Below are positions 25,061 through 38,107 of a stretch of 64,000 nucleotides of DNA, in pieces. The translations under genes and the position numbers were made by a program. The DNA is taken from assembly GCF_001194135.2 (NCBI RefSeq), contig NC_068989.1:7116993-7180992 (forward strand), in the 5' to 3' direction. Each line of letters opens with the position of its first letter. Within the stretch, counting starts at the first letter, position 1. The notes under the pieces were generated by a model, which saw nothing but the letters and a program-made list of their open reading frames with translations, had not been told where the DNA came from and searched no databases. The stretch is from Octopus bimaculoides (lineage: Eukaryota).

Positions 25061-25251
25061 ATTTTTATAAAAAAGGAGAAAATAAGAAAAAAGAAAAACT
25101 CTGAGACGAAAGATTTAAAGAATATTTAGTGAGTGATGTACAAGTAAAATCTTAGTATGAAAGATAAAACAACGGAAAATGAGCACAAAAAAGTCCAAAT
25201 TGAAAGCACTGATGGTATATATATTTAAAGTATGCATTGAAATAGTAAAAG

Positions 25252-25288
<37 letters not shown>

Positions 25289-25528
25289 GTATGTATGCAT
25301 GTATGTATGTATATTTATATATATTTATGTACATATTGAGAATGGATGCGTATTTATAATTGTATATTTCGTAAAATGAACACAAAGAAATAGTTACTCC
25401 GGAATAAAAAGCTTGCAGTGTATTAGGAAAATGGCATAAATTACTAATCGACAGCGATGAAGTGGTTTTTGAATTAGTATTACTGAATGTACCCAGTAAT
25501 ATATACGAGTGCGTGCGTGTGTGTTTGT

Positions 25529-25564
<36 letters not shown>

Positions 25565-25799
25565 TCGTGCGCGCATGATACATCCGTGTTGCGCAATGCA
25601 CATCGTTTGTTTACTTTATTGTACAATATTCTTCGAATATTTTTGTACCACCCTTAACCCTATCTCCACCCTTTCTCGTTTTGTTTCCCGTTCTTTTTTG
25701 TTCTCTCTCTCTCTCTCTCTCTCCCTCTCTCTCTCTCTCTCTTTCTCTCTTTCTCTCTCCCTCCTCTTTCCTTCTTACTCTACATTTTTCCACCCCTAC

Positions 25800-26010
25800 T
25801 CTTATTTCTTTATTGCCCACAAGGGGCTAAACATAGAGGTGACAAACAAGGACAGACAAACGGATTAAGTCGATTACATCGACCCCAGTGCGTAACTGGT
25901 ACTTATTCAATCGACCCCGAAAGGATGAAAAGCAAAATCGACCTCGGCGGAATTTGAACTCAGAACGTAGCGGCACGGTGTGCTAACGTTTCTGCCAGCT
26001 CGCCGCCTTC
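25800..26010 (-). mobile_element. SINE family B, tail type 2 (Tx1-like tail)
   Basis: Minus strand has the family-B head and core, then TTTGTCTGTCCTTGTTTGTCACCTCTATGTTTAGCCCCTTGTGGGCAATAAAGAAATAAG. Confidence 0.85.
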
Positions 26011-26099
26011 CACCCCTACTCTTACTCCCTCTTTCTCCATCCGTTTCCGCCCTCACTTGCACCTTCCCCCCTCTCTCTCTTTCTTTCTCTGCTCCTTAG

Positions 26100-26134
<35 letters not shown>

Positions 26135-29100
26135 TCCCTCTCTCTTAGTCATTTGCCCTCTCTTTCTACCTCTTCTCCTTCCTTCCCTCTCCCTCCCTCT
26201 CTCTGTCACCTCCTCTTCCTTCTCTCAACACTTCTACTTCCATACCACGTGATCGGTGCCCGGTAAAAAGCGGTGTCGTTCTTTTTTGCCCTACCTCTGA
26301 CCAGACTGGTCAGAGAATAGAACTTATTCTATCTTCTCTTTGCGCAACCCCATTTAGTTCGTTCGACAGATACAACGCTCTTTCTGCTGAATTTATGGTA
26401 TATCTATAATTATTACTACGTTCTTCTTCGTTCGTATATAGCCGTAAGGCTTCGTGCTGTTATACATGCATAATTCACTGTCAGTTGTATTTATATAACG
26501 TCTTGTTTGCTTCTATCTTGGCGCACATTCGCTAGCTTTTCCCCAGAAGCTTCATAAAAGTACTGGCGGCTACAAAACTGAACAGTATCAAAAGTAATTG
26601 GCGTGAAACTGTTATATTTTGCGTCTTTGACTGAAGAGGAAAATTCAGCTGCGAATATTCCGTGTTATTGTTGTCTAATTTCCCGTCCGTTTAGTTTTCG
26701 CCTACTATCCCGTTTGCTCTGCTTTCGTCTAACCTTTCTTCTTGAATTCTTTCTGTTTAACCCTTGATACATTCGTGTAGCGCAATGTACATCGTTTGTT
26801 TAGTTTATATATATATATATATNNNNNNNNNNNNNNNNNNNNNNNNNNNNNNNNNNNNNNNNNNNNNNNNNNNNNNNNNNNNNNNNNNNNNNNNNNNNNN
26901 NNNNNNNNNNNNNNNNNNNNNNNNNNNNNNNNNNNNNNNNNNNNNNNNNNNNNNNNNNNNNNNNNNNNNNNNNNNNNNNNNNNNNNNNNNNNNNNNNNNN
27001 NNNNNNNNNNNNNNNNNNNNNNNNNNNNNNNNNNNNNNNNNNNNNNNNNNNNNNNNNNNNNNNNNNNNNNNNNNNNNNNNNNNNNNNNNNNNNNNNNNNN
27101 NNNNNNNNNNNNNNNNNNNNNNNNNNNNNNNNNNNNNNNNNNNNNNNNNNNNNNNNNNNNNNNNNNNNNNNNNNNNNNNNNNNNNNNNNNNNNNNNNNNN
27201 NNNNNNNNNNNNNNNNNNNNNNNNNNNNNNNNNNNNNNNNNNNNNNNNNNNNNNNNNNNNNNNNNNNNNNNNNNNNNNNNNNNNNNNNNNNNNNNNNNNN
27301 NNNNNNNNNNNNNNNNNNNNNNNNNNNNNNNNNNNNNNNNNNNNNNNNNNNNNNNNNNNNNNNNNNNNNNNNNNNNNNNNNNNNNNNNNNNNNNNNNNNN
27401 NNNNNNNNNNNNNNNNNNNNNNNNNNNNNNNNNNNNNNNNNNNNNNNNNNNNNNNNNNNNNNNNNNNNNNNNNNATATATATATATATATATATATATAT
27501 AATTCAATACTAGGAAAAACAATTTCCTTTATCGGGATGGAAAAAATCCAATTTTCCACTGGTTTTTCAGTAAATACCTAATATGTCTGAGAAAAACTTT
27601 TCACAACCCAAAAAGATATATATTCAATATAGAAAAATTAAAAGAAAATGGAGATTTATGATTGACATATTTTAAATATAATTTATTAACATAATATATT
27701 GCAATAATAATATAATATGAATAGAAATACAAATATTAATCCTATAAATTGTTTCGATCCATTCCCCATAACGAATTTATAAAAAATTCATATTTGTGGG
27801 TATGAAACTCATCAGGGGAATATTTGATGTAAGGATTGTTTTATTCCTAGAATAGACTGCATTAAATTTGTTTGTAAGCGTGAGCGTCAATAATTTTAGA
27901 ATATAATAAAAATAAAAATAAAAAATTCAAATAAATAAAAACTATAACGGCCATAAATATTCTTGTGCACTTTTAATAATATTAATTTAGAAATATATCT
28001 GCCCATTATATTTCATATATAAAAAATCTAAATAATATGCTAAGAATTTATGGCGGAGTAAGAAATATCTTCTTTTATTCCTCATATTATTAAGAAACAA
28101 ATAAATTTTATTCAGACAAAATATTCAGAAAAATTGGTTAATCTGAGAGAAAAAAAAACAAAAAAAAAAACCCACTATTAATTATGGTTAAATAGCAAAA
28201 AAAAAAAAAACTAATTACAATACTTTGTCTTCACTAGGCTAATACTGAATAATATTATAAATTACACTATATTCATTATTTATAATCACCTATACTAAAA
28301 TTGAAAAAAAAAAAAAATACGTAGTTTTATTAAGAAAATAACATTCGAAAAAAATTAAACAATAAACATACAGTATCATAATGTGTGTGTGTTTGTGTGT
28401 GCGTGCGTGCGTGTGTGTGTGTGTGTATGATTAATATTTGCATTTTTATTCATGTTATATCATATCATATTATTATTGTTAATAAATTATATTCATAATA
28501 TGTCAATCGTAAATCTCAATTTTCTTCATATATNNNNNNNNNNNNNNNNNNNNNNNNNNNNNNNNNNNNNNNNNNNNNNNNNNNNNNNNNNNNNNNNNNN
28601 NNNNNNNNNNNNNNNNNNNNNNNNNNNNNNNNNNNNNNNNNNNNNNNNNNNNNNNNNNNNNNNNNNNNNNNNNNNNNNNNNNNNNNNNNNNNNNNNNNNN
28701 NNNNNNNNNNNNNNNNNNNNNNNNNNNNNNNNNNNNNNNNNNNNNNNNNNNNNNNNNNNNNNNNNNNNNNNNNNNNNNNNNNNNNNNNNNNNNNNNNNNN
28801 NNNNNNNNNNNNNNNNNNNNNNNNNNNNNNNNNNNNNNNNNNNNNNNNNNNNNNNNNNNNNNNNNNNNNNNNNNNNNTAGAATAATAAGAAAATTTCTTG
28901 GTACAGTATAATATATTTGAAAAAATGTGTAGAGATAGCTTTTGGTGGGGAGGGTAATTTTTATCTTAAATGGTAATGTTTACAGTTACTCTAATGAGTT
29001 TTGAGCTTTTCTTACAAGTATACAAATAAAAAAATAAAAACAGAAAATAAAAATAGAAAATAAAAGATAAAACTATAAAAAAATAATATAAAAAAATGAT

Positions 29101-29344
29101 AAAAGAATACAAAAAGTAAATACAACAGCATGCGTGAAAAAACATGAAAGAAGAAAAGAAGAAAAAGAAAAAGATAAAGGTGGAAAAGAAGGAAGAAAGA
29201 ACACGAGGAAGAGCAAGATGAAGGAAGAAGGAAGGTAAAGAGGAACAGGAAGAAGGAAGAAGACAAAAAGGGAATCCTTCGAACTGAGGTCACCTTATAC
29301 ATCCTTCACAGCTGGCACGGTGTGCCCCCCCCACCTAATCACAC

Positions 29345-29375
<31 letters not shown>

Positions 29376-29503
29376 TTTACACACCTGCATATACGTACAC
29401 ACTTACATACACATACATTTGCACATACACCCACACACAGGGGGAAGTAAGAGAATGAATATAGAAGTGAGATGCATAAGGATATTGTATTTGCAATTCA
29501 ACT

Positions 29504-29639
29504 ATTTGTGTATTAAGGCTACCATCGTTTTCATGCTTAGAAAATATCTTAATATCTTAATTTTTCAAGCCTATCAAATGGATGAATGTTGTTTGTCTCC
29601 ACTTTCGATGAAAACATATATAAATACGAATATACATGC

Positions 29640-29677
<38 letters not shown>

Positions 29678-29788
29678 ATGTATGTACACACACACACATT
29701 TTTTTCGTGGTTTGGGTTTGGCTGCCCTCTCTAGAATGTAAGGCATCCTGTTAAGGGTCACCTCTCTGTGTATAAATGCTATTCACTT

Positions 29789-29866
<78 letters not shown>

Positions 29867-30055
29867 NNNNNNNNNNNNNNNNNNNNNNNNNNNNNNNNNN
29901 NNNNNNNNNNNNNNNNNNNNNNNNNNNNNNNNNNNNNNNNNNNNNNNATATAGTACAAATGTTGTACACACGTACACACACAGACACACACACATATATA
30001 TATATATAGTACATAAACTGTTCATATATGTGTATATACGTGATTAAATTATAGG

Positions 30056-30086
<31 letters not shown>

Positions 30087-30199
30087 TTTCATCCAAAATG
30101 GAGACGAACACCATTCTTCCATGTAATCGGCTTGAAAAATTGTTAAGATATTAGAATATTTTCTTAATTTGAAACCATTAGTAGCCTTAATACACAAAT
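29504..30199. repeat. Diverged ~115-bp inverted repeat pair (29504-29615 plus; 30085-30199 minus)
   Basis: ATTTGTGTATTAAGGCTAC...AGAAAATAT..TAATATCTTAA..TTTTTCAAGCC...ATGGA.GAATG.TGTT.GTCTCCA.TTT.GATGAAAAC occurs in both orientations; the ORF track shows matching peptides (LCIKAT...LRKY.NIL.IFQA). Confidence 0.8.
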
Positions 30200-30950
30200 G
30201 AAGAAATTTCATCCATGAAGAAATTGTTCGACCTTTACGTATATACATATGTCGACATAAATCAATGTCCGGCAGCGTTGTCTTTAACATGAAATAAGGT
30301 AGATAAGAATGGTGACCACAAACACTGTTGTCCAGAAAACCCATTATCGATTTTTTTTTTAAATTTCAAAGTAATAAACGATTTCTTATGCTGCTCCGGA
30401 AAATTTCAGAGGAATTAGCAGTTAATATCTTCAGGTAAAAAAAAAAACAAAAAAAAACGTTATTTTTGAGCAAGGTCACGTACGTCACACTTTTTGGGAC
30501 CTCTTCAAAAATTCAGCATACATTCCAGGTGAAATATTTTTCGTTTAATACTTGTCTGAACAGATAAATTCTACTGGGAAAATGGATTTATGTTCGAGAT
30601 TTATGTCCTAGCTGTTTTATAATATTTGTCTCTGGCTGTCACATAAGTCACACGAGAACGGCGCAGACGGAAGTATTTCCTTTGAATGGTTCTTCTGTAA
30701 TAAACGATATTACTGACCTTCTGCCAAGTCCTTGTTGTGGTGTAATGGCATGCGAGCCCCAATGACCCTAGGATCTATGTCAGCGATTTTAAACGCCATG
30801 AATTTTTAGTTCTTTTTACACTAAAATGTGTCGGTTTTTAATAAATTTTTATTTATCCGTTGTCAAGGTGTAGTTATTTGTACATAAAAATTGTAGATTT
30901 CGAATAGATTTCTATTTTTCTCAACTTCGCTCAAAGCGTCTTTAAAAAAG

Positions 30951-31253
30951 TGAAATTAACGTGCAAGTGGCTGAGCACTCCACAGACACATGTACCCTTA
31001 ACGTAATTCTCGGGGATATTCAGCGTGACACGAAGTGTGACAAGGCTGGCCCTTTGAATTACAGGCACAACAGAAACTGGGAGAAAGTTGTGGTGAAAGA
31101 GTACAGCAGGGTTCGCCACCATCCCCTGCCAGAGCCTCGTGGAGCTTTAGGTGTTTTCGCTGAATAAACACTCACAACGCCCGGTCTGGGAATCGAAACC
31201 GCGATCCTATGACCGCGTGTCCGCTGCCCTAACCACTGGGCCATTGCGTCTCC
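30951..31253 (-). mobile_element. tRNA-headed SINE family C, 3'-incomplete
   Basis: Minus-strand head GGAGACGCAATGGCCCAGTGGTTAGGGCAGCGGAC...GGTTTCGATTCCCAGACCGGGCG; body shared with 54222-54605 and 57439-57667. Confidence 0.9.
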
Positions 31254-31439
31254 ACTAAGGCTCAAAATATACATAATTTTAACTTCACTCAAAATGACAT
31301 TTCTCATCTTGATTTCGCTCAAACGACTGGACACAGAGTAGGAGGGTTCCATGCTGGGATAATCAGACGATTGAAATCAGACCAATATGGACCAACACTT
31401 ACCAGATATAAATATTCGCTTGCGTAGGGCTAATACTCC

Positions 31440-31665
31440 TTACACATTTTCTGAAGGATCGATGGAAACCCAAAACTAGACCTGGGAGAGGAAGGCCTCT
31501 CTCTTCATGGAAACATATGACATGGTGCAGTAAAATTCGAAAGAAAACTGCAAGGGATCCAACTGGAGCGAAGCAGAAAAGACAATCCAGAATCTAGAAC
31601 AACGGAGAAAAGTTGTCGACGACCTGTGCTTCACGAGGAATGATGGGCTTGAGAAACGAAAGCAT
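31440..31665 (+). mobile_element. RTE-clade LINE 3' end, degenerate (second family)
   Basis: KDRWKPKTRPGRGRPLSSW, then SNWSEAEKTIQNLEQRRKVVDDLCFTRNDGLE; resembles the RTE terminus W.P...R..GRP..TW...W.E....AQ.R..WR..V..LC.TR. Confidence 0.7.
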
Positions 31666-31689
31666 TACTGACCTTAACATTATTAAAGT

Positions 31690-31760
31690 TGGAGATGTAT
31701 CAGCCGAAACGTGTTAACAAGATGAGGACAAATATCCGTCAAATGTAAATAATATAAGAA
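31690..31760 (+). mobile_element. Family E (hammerhead-SINE) 3' fragment
   Basis: TATCAGCCGAAACGTGTTAACAAGATGAGGACAAATATCCGTCAAATGTAAATAAT; hammerhead 5' half absent and cleavage site deleted. Confidence 0.8.
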
Positions 31761-32224
31761 ACTATAGGTGGAAAGTACGAAAGGAAAATGAAAACGATAC
31801 GCTATATTACCACAAAATCGTTCTGGTTGTTTGTAGTCATCTTCACCTTTTGACAAACGATAGTTCCTTTCTTTTGATGCGACCATTTTCCCCACCAATT
31901 GGGTTCTTAGATATTTGCCGTCGTCAATCTTCTGCTTTGTTCTAATGTGGACAGCAATTAGAATCTGTTTGTGACGCTATTTGGTAGTTAGTTATTGTAT
32001 GATTGTGACGTCACTGACCGTTTATATCCTGCTTTGTTTATTCCAAGGAATTGATGGGTTTTCTTTCGTGCTAATAACAGAGAGAGAGAGGAAGAGAAAG
32101 AGATGATGATGATGATGATGATGATGATAGTTACGGAGAAGAAGCGAAACAGTCCTCTACCAACAGTCTAGTTCCGATAAGGTTTAGTCTTATTCAGGGA
32201 TTTTATAGTTTTAATGGGGTTTGT

Positions 32225-32237
<13 letters not shown>

Positions 32238-32259
<22 letters not shown>

Positions 32260-33282
32260 ACAAAAGTAAATGAGTATATGCATATATACGTACAGGTATG
32301 TGCATACCGACATCCACCTGTATGTATAGGTGCATATCTGGGTACAGGACATTGCAAACAAACGTAGACGAGAACACACGAGCCACATAGAGAACATTCT
32401 ACTTCATCAGCTACCCACGTTTTAACACCGGCGTTTCGACGAGCTTCGGGCAGGACGCAACGTTAAAACGGCTCGTCCCATGGATCGCAGATTAAATCTG
32501 TATACGCAAATTAAATCTAGCCATGGAGGAATGTAGTGGCGGACAAAAAACAAGACAGGAAAACAAACAGAAAAGGCTTTACGGCCAGACGAGAAAAATT
32601 ATGTGTGTATGAACGCGATTGATAGAAAAGACAACAAAAGAAAGAAAGAGACCTCGATATTATGTAAATAGAGGAATTTATCTGTAAAAATATGCGACAG
32701 NNNNNNNNNNNNNNNNNNNNNNNNNNNNNNNNNNNNNNNNNNNNNNNNNNNNNNNNNNNNNNNNNNNNNNNNNNNNNNNNNNNNNNNNNNNNNNNNNNNN
32801 NNNNNNNNNNNNNNNNATATATATATATATATATATATATAAACAAAAGTAAATGAGTATATGCATATATACGTACAGGTATGTGCATACCGACATCCAC
32901 CTGTATGTATAGGTGCATATCTGGGTACAGGACATTGCAAACAAACGTAGACGAGAACACACGAGCCACATAGAGAACATTCTACTTCATCAGCTACCCA
33001 CGTTTTAACACCGGCGTTTCGACGAGCTTCGGGCAGGACGCAACGTTAAAACGGCTCGTCCCATGGATCGCAGATTAAATCTGTATACGCAAATTAAATC
33101 TAGCCATGGAGGAATGTAGTGGCGGACAAAAAACAAGACAGGAAAACAAACAGAAAAGGCTTTACGGCCAGACGAGAAAAATTATGTGTGTATGAACGCG
33201 ATTGATAGAAAAGACAACAAAAGAAAGAAAGAGACCTCGATATTATGTAAATAGAGGAATTTATCTGTAAAAATATGCGACA
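32238..33282. repeat. ~460-bp direct duplication across a gap (32238-32700 = ~32820-33282)
   Basis: The two copies appear identical base for base on either side of N 32701-32816; probable assembly overlap. Confidence 0.85.
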
Positions 33283-33545
33283 GTTATTCGGTAGCCATGA
33301 TAAAACTCCAAGTTACGGATGCCGAGGTGGAAACCCACGCCGCCATCTCTTCAGTTATCTGGCCATTGAAAATTCCTACAGGAGCATCATAGCCATGTGT
33401 TGAGAGGAATTCTTTGGGGTTTGAATTCCTATGGGAATTTTCAATGGCCAGATATCTGAAGAGATAGCGGTGTGGGTTTCCGACCCGGCATCCGTAACTC
33501 GGAGTTTTATCATGGCTACCGAATAACTGTCACATATTTTTACAG

Positions 33546-33548
<3 letters not shown>
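33262..33548. repeat. Long hairpin: 115-bp inverted arms (33262-33376 and 33434-33548), ~57-bp spacer
   Basis: TATCTGTAAAAATATG.GACAGTTATTCGGTAGCCATGATAAAACTCC.AGTTACGGATGCCG...TCTCTTCAG.TATCTGGCCATTGAAAATTCC and its reverse complement, with scattered mismatches. Confidence 0.9.
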
Positions 33549-33603
<55 letters not shown>

Positions 33604-33659
33604 AGAGAGAGACAGAGAGACAAACAAATTACAAGGGAAATACTCACATACATCGAAAT

Positions 33660-33660
33660 A

Positions 33661-33726
<66 letters not shown>

Positions 33727-33977
33727 CAGCAGCAGCAGCAACAGCAGTAGCAGCAGTAGTAGCGGTAGAAGTAGCAGTAGCAACAGTAGTAGGCAGAATC
33801 AGGTTGTGTTGAAGGATATCACCGTAACCAGCAGGCCATTGTTGAATGTTATTTCCAATCGAATATCTCTATCGATTCCAATGTCTGCCAGATCAATGGA
33901 AACAATCCGGATAAAGATCAGGATGTCTTTCAGACGACATTTCCGCAATTCCTCATTGCTTTGTCTCGCATTCATCT

Positions 33978-34051
<74 letters not shown>

Positions 34052-34389
34052 GCTGTTCTTGTTTTTGGTATTTATTTACAATTGTATTTTTTTACACACA
34101 AGATAACTGATCCTCCCGCTCCTTCTCTTTCTTCCTCTTCTTTTTTTTTTCTTCTTCTTTTTCTTCTTCTTCTTCTTCTTCTTCTTCTTCTTCTCTTCCT
34201 CCTCCTCCCCTCCTTCTTTTCTTCTTCCTTCTTCCTCTTCCTTCTTCTCCTCCTCCTCCTCCCCTCCTTTTTTCTTCTTCCTTCTTCTTCCTCTTCCTTC
34301 TTCTCCTCCTCCTCCCCTCCTTTTTTCTTCTTCCTTCTTCTTCTTCTTCTTCTTCTTCTTCTTCTTCTTCTTCCTCCTCCTCCTTCTCT

Positions 34390-34426
<37 letters not shown>

Positions 34427-34900
34427 GACACTCGTATTTGTCATTCTTTTCTTCTTCTTCGTCTTTTCTTTTTTTCCTTCTTACCGTATTTTCTTTCTTT
34501 CTTTACTCATTATTTTCTTTGTTCTTTTTCTTCTTCATAATCGTCTACTCTTCATCGTCTTCACTTTCATCTTTTTTTCCTCACATTTTTCTTCTTCCAT
34601 TTTCTTTCCCTTGTTCTTTTTCTTATCGTTTTTTTATCGTCTTTTTTCATCCTCCTTTTTCTTCTTTTCCTTCTTCTATCTTCTTCGCTTCATCATTTTT
34701 TCTTTTTCCTTTTCTTCTCTTTCTCTTCTTGTTCGTTTTCATTTTACCATCATCTCGTCTTTTTCTTCATCCTCATCCCTTTTCTTTTCCTCGTTTTCTT
34801 CTTTTCCTTCTTTTCTTCCTTTCTTTTTCTTCATCTTTCTTTCCCTCTCTCCATTTTTGTTCTTTCCCGCCCACCCCTCCACTTCATTCTTGCCCGCCAA
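33660..34900. repeat. Compound microsatellites (TAG)n, (CAG)n, (ATT)n, (GTT)n, (CTT)n, (CCT)n, (ACT)n and a pyrimidine tract
   Basis: Direct inspection. Confidence 0.95.
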
Positions 34901-34990
34901 ATCTGTCAACCCTCGCCATTGTTTGTAATGTCGCCGTAATGTTGCTGTTGCCGCAAACATTTCTGCTGTGCTTTGTCTTCGTTGTGTCTC

Positions 34991-35050
34991 ATTCGTTACC
35001 TTATTCGTTACCTTATTCGTTACCTTATTCGTTACCTCATTCGTTACCTT
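34991..35050. repeat. 12-bp minisatellite ATTCGTTACCTT x5
   Basis: Five tandem units, one with a T>C change. Confidence 0.95.
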
Positions 35051-35329
35051 AATGGCGAATAAAGAAGTCCTATTCTCGTATTTCATTGTTTTCCTCTCTC
35101 GTTCGATTTATCTGTTTAAACCCGCAGATCTTATGTATGACTTCGCTATTATTCCTCTCATCCGTAACCCTAGTAGTAAATAAATCATCATTATCATCAT
35201 CATCATCATCATCATCACCATCACCACCACCGTCACAGTCACCATCATCATCATTACCATCACCATCACCATCATCATCATCATCACCATCACCACCACC
35301 ACCATCACTGTCATCATCCTCATCGTCAC

Positions 35330-36560
35330 TCACACCGGATGGAAGCACTGCCTCTTCAAATTCTTGTGAAGGGGACATGTTCCGTTGGTGAGGCGGTCCA
35401 CCTACTGTCAGCACTCTATACGTGGAGGGCTGGGCATGCCGTGGCTAATGGTGCGTAGACATGCGCTGAGGTTGCGGCATCTTCAGATATTCTGCCTAAA
35501 CGGTGAACAGTTGTGGACGCCGTTTGCCAAACGGGCCCTTCCGCAGCTCGTCCCTTTGACTGAGCTGCAGTCCTGGGTCAAGAAGAGTCCCAGACAGGTA
35601 GAGCGGCATCTGTAATGTTGCCAGACAATCACTACCCTCTACCAGACGGGAAAATTGGCCAGCGGAATATCAACTCTTGAGTGCTGCAGAGGGTTAGTGG
35701 AGGGAAAGTGCGATGACGCACTCGGTTAGGCGCTGGACGTCGACGAAGTTGAACTGACCAGTCTGTCCAGGAGGACTTTTGAGCCTGGGACGATGGATAA
35801 CTTCCAGAAATTCCTCGCTTGGCAGTGCTACCAGGGGACACTGCCGGTTCGAGATAAACTCTACAGGCACAGAAATGCTGTCAGACGGACCTGTCCGAGA
35901 CGCGCGCAGAGCGACGAAACCGTAGTGCATACACTCATCCAGTGTCCATGCATTACTGACTTGTGGAGTTATGTGAATCAGTTGTTGTCTCGTGAAGGAC
36001 AGATCCGGCTATCGGCCGAGTTCATAGTGAAGATTGACCTGCCGCTTTCTTTTGACCAGGAAGAGCAGGGAATTTTCCTCTGTCTGGTAGCAGTAGCGGA
36101 AGTGGTTGTATGGTGGACCAGGTTGAAAGGACTGAAGAGAGACACTTTTCTCTTCGGCCAATCTTTCATCAACTTTTTCAAATTTCACTTGGAAAGAAAG
36201 ATGAGGGTGGAGAGAGAAGTGATGCCCTCCCCACCCCCAGTACATTTGCTGAAAGGTGGGTGAATGTGGAGAAAATAATGCGCCTGCAGGCTGATGAATT
36301 TGAGGAAAAGAGATCTATCTTTCCCGAGTACCCTCGAAGCCATGGGGTGGTTCAGGATTGGTGGGGTACCTGAGCCGACCCTGGGTGGTCATACTTCCTC
36401 CTATTGGTGAAATTTCATTGTTATATTTTTCTTGTTTAATGTTTATTGTTATTACTTTCCTAATTTCTTACTCGTTGTTTTGTGTAAAACCCCCACTATC
36501 TCCGTCTACTGTACTGTCCCCTATGTGTCGGCCCTAGTGGCCAATAGATGAAATTATTAC
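35330..36560 (+). mobile_element. 5'-truncated Tx1/L1-clade LINE (ORF2 C-terminus, zf-RVT, 3' UTR)
   Basis: QHSIRGGLGMPWL..RRHALRLRHL (post-RT GGLG motif); FLAWQCYQGTLPVRDKL...TCPR..QSDETVVHTLIQCPCITDLW (C-terminal CCHC finger); frameshifts; T-rich 3' UTR ending ATGAAATT + (ATT)n. Confidence 0.9.
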
Positions 36561-36577
36561 TATGATTATTATTATTA

Positions 36578-36632
<55 letters not shown>

Positions 36633-37912
36633 CTGATTTCTGATTCAAACATCTTCCATACTAACTCATAGTAATTACAATAGTTCGATTTCTATCTAAC
36701 CAGAACGGTGTTGATACTTTCGTTCAAGCATAGTTTTATTATATTTGTTTATTTATTTTGCTTAAAATATTATTTCATCTCGTTTTTTTTTCCTGTCCGG
36801 GTAAAATGCAATGAAGCGTAAACAACAGAAAGCTTGTAGAATTATTACACCACCTCCTCCAAACCTCTTCATCAACAACAACAACAGTAACAACAATAGC
36901 AACATCAAAGCACATACAGACTATAAAGCAAATACCCCCACAAAGAAAGAGAAACGTCCGTCAAAGATGACAACTATAGCACGAATGAATCGCAGTGAAT
37001 CACCACCATTTGCAATAACAAATTATTACGGCTGAACCAATAACAATACAACGTAATGAATAAATGAATAAAAAAACCCAAACATGATGAAACAACAACG
37101 ATAGTAACAAGTACAACTATGTCAGAAAATAAAAATATTTGCTTAAAAAAATATTTTCTTCTTACGCTCGCGATACGATGTTAGTCTGATAATTCCTTTG
37201 TTGATTTCTTCTATTTTCTCTCTTATTTTCTCTCATATTTGTTTATTCATTTATTGCTTTTGCGATCTGTTATGTTTTGATTTTTTTATCAACATCCGTA
37301 TGTTATGGATGAACGTGTTAAAATCGGAATAGCATGTCTTGTAAAACAAGACACTAATGCTTGAAAGGCGACTGTTTTCAAATTGGTTCGTGGCAGACGA
37401 CAGCTGCTGAAGCAAGATGGCTGCTATGTGTGCATTTCTTTAAAGCTTACTGTGATAGGGTTCCATTCCAGTCATGCAAAAACTATACCCGAGTAATAAT
37501 ATTTACTTCATTTCGGAACAAGGGCAACACGTTTAGATGATATTAATGACTGACCACAAATAATTAACGAAAAATTATTGTATTTTTAACGCATTTGCAA
37601 TGCCAACTTTTGAAGCGTAACTAAACTATAAATTTCACAGAAAATAATACGAAAAATATACTTAGGAGAAGAAAAGAAAAAGGAAAAAGAAAAATGCTAC
37701 GTGTTGCACGGTAAGTTTGATAGGCAACAATTGTAAACCATTATAAGAGGTGACTGAGGAGTATTGAATGTCAGGAAACTATATCAAGTGGCAGTTATTA
37801 ACACCATCTTTCCAACCCACAAAAACGTCTTACGTTCCCTTGTTGACTATGATCGTAAAGAAAAGATGGCAAATCGATTATATCTGAAATAAAACAAATT
37901 CTTATTAGATAA

Positions 37913-38059
37913 TACAGTTCTATATTGAAGAGAGGAGGAATTTTAAGTACGTTATTTACATTATTTACATTTGACGGATATTTGTCCTCGTCTTGTTAAG
38001 CGGTTTAAGAGCGCGGGCTACTAACCCCAAGATTCCAAGTCCGATTGCAGGCAGTGACT

Positions 38060-38107
<48 letters not shown>

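Noticed and set aside
30700-30790. Minus-strand mini-exon MAFKIADIDPRVIGARMPLHHNKDLAE with donor GAAG|GTCAGT
   Set aside because: Short, no acceptor or homology; expected by chance at this window size.
32395-32480. Minus-strand stem-loop + GAAACG and a separate CUGAUGA
   Set aside because: Order and pairing do not assemble into any hammerhead topology.
32238-33282. Apparent biological tandem duplication
   Set aside because: Identical copies directly flank an N-gap; most likely an unmerged contig overlap.
37410-37430. YY1-like AAGATGGCTGC and scattered CRE TGACGTCA sites (about 32005, 62060, 62575)
   Set aside because: Short motifs without promoter context; not distinguishable from chance.
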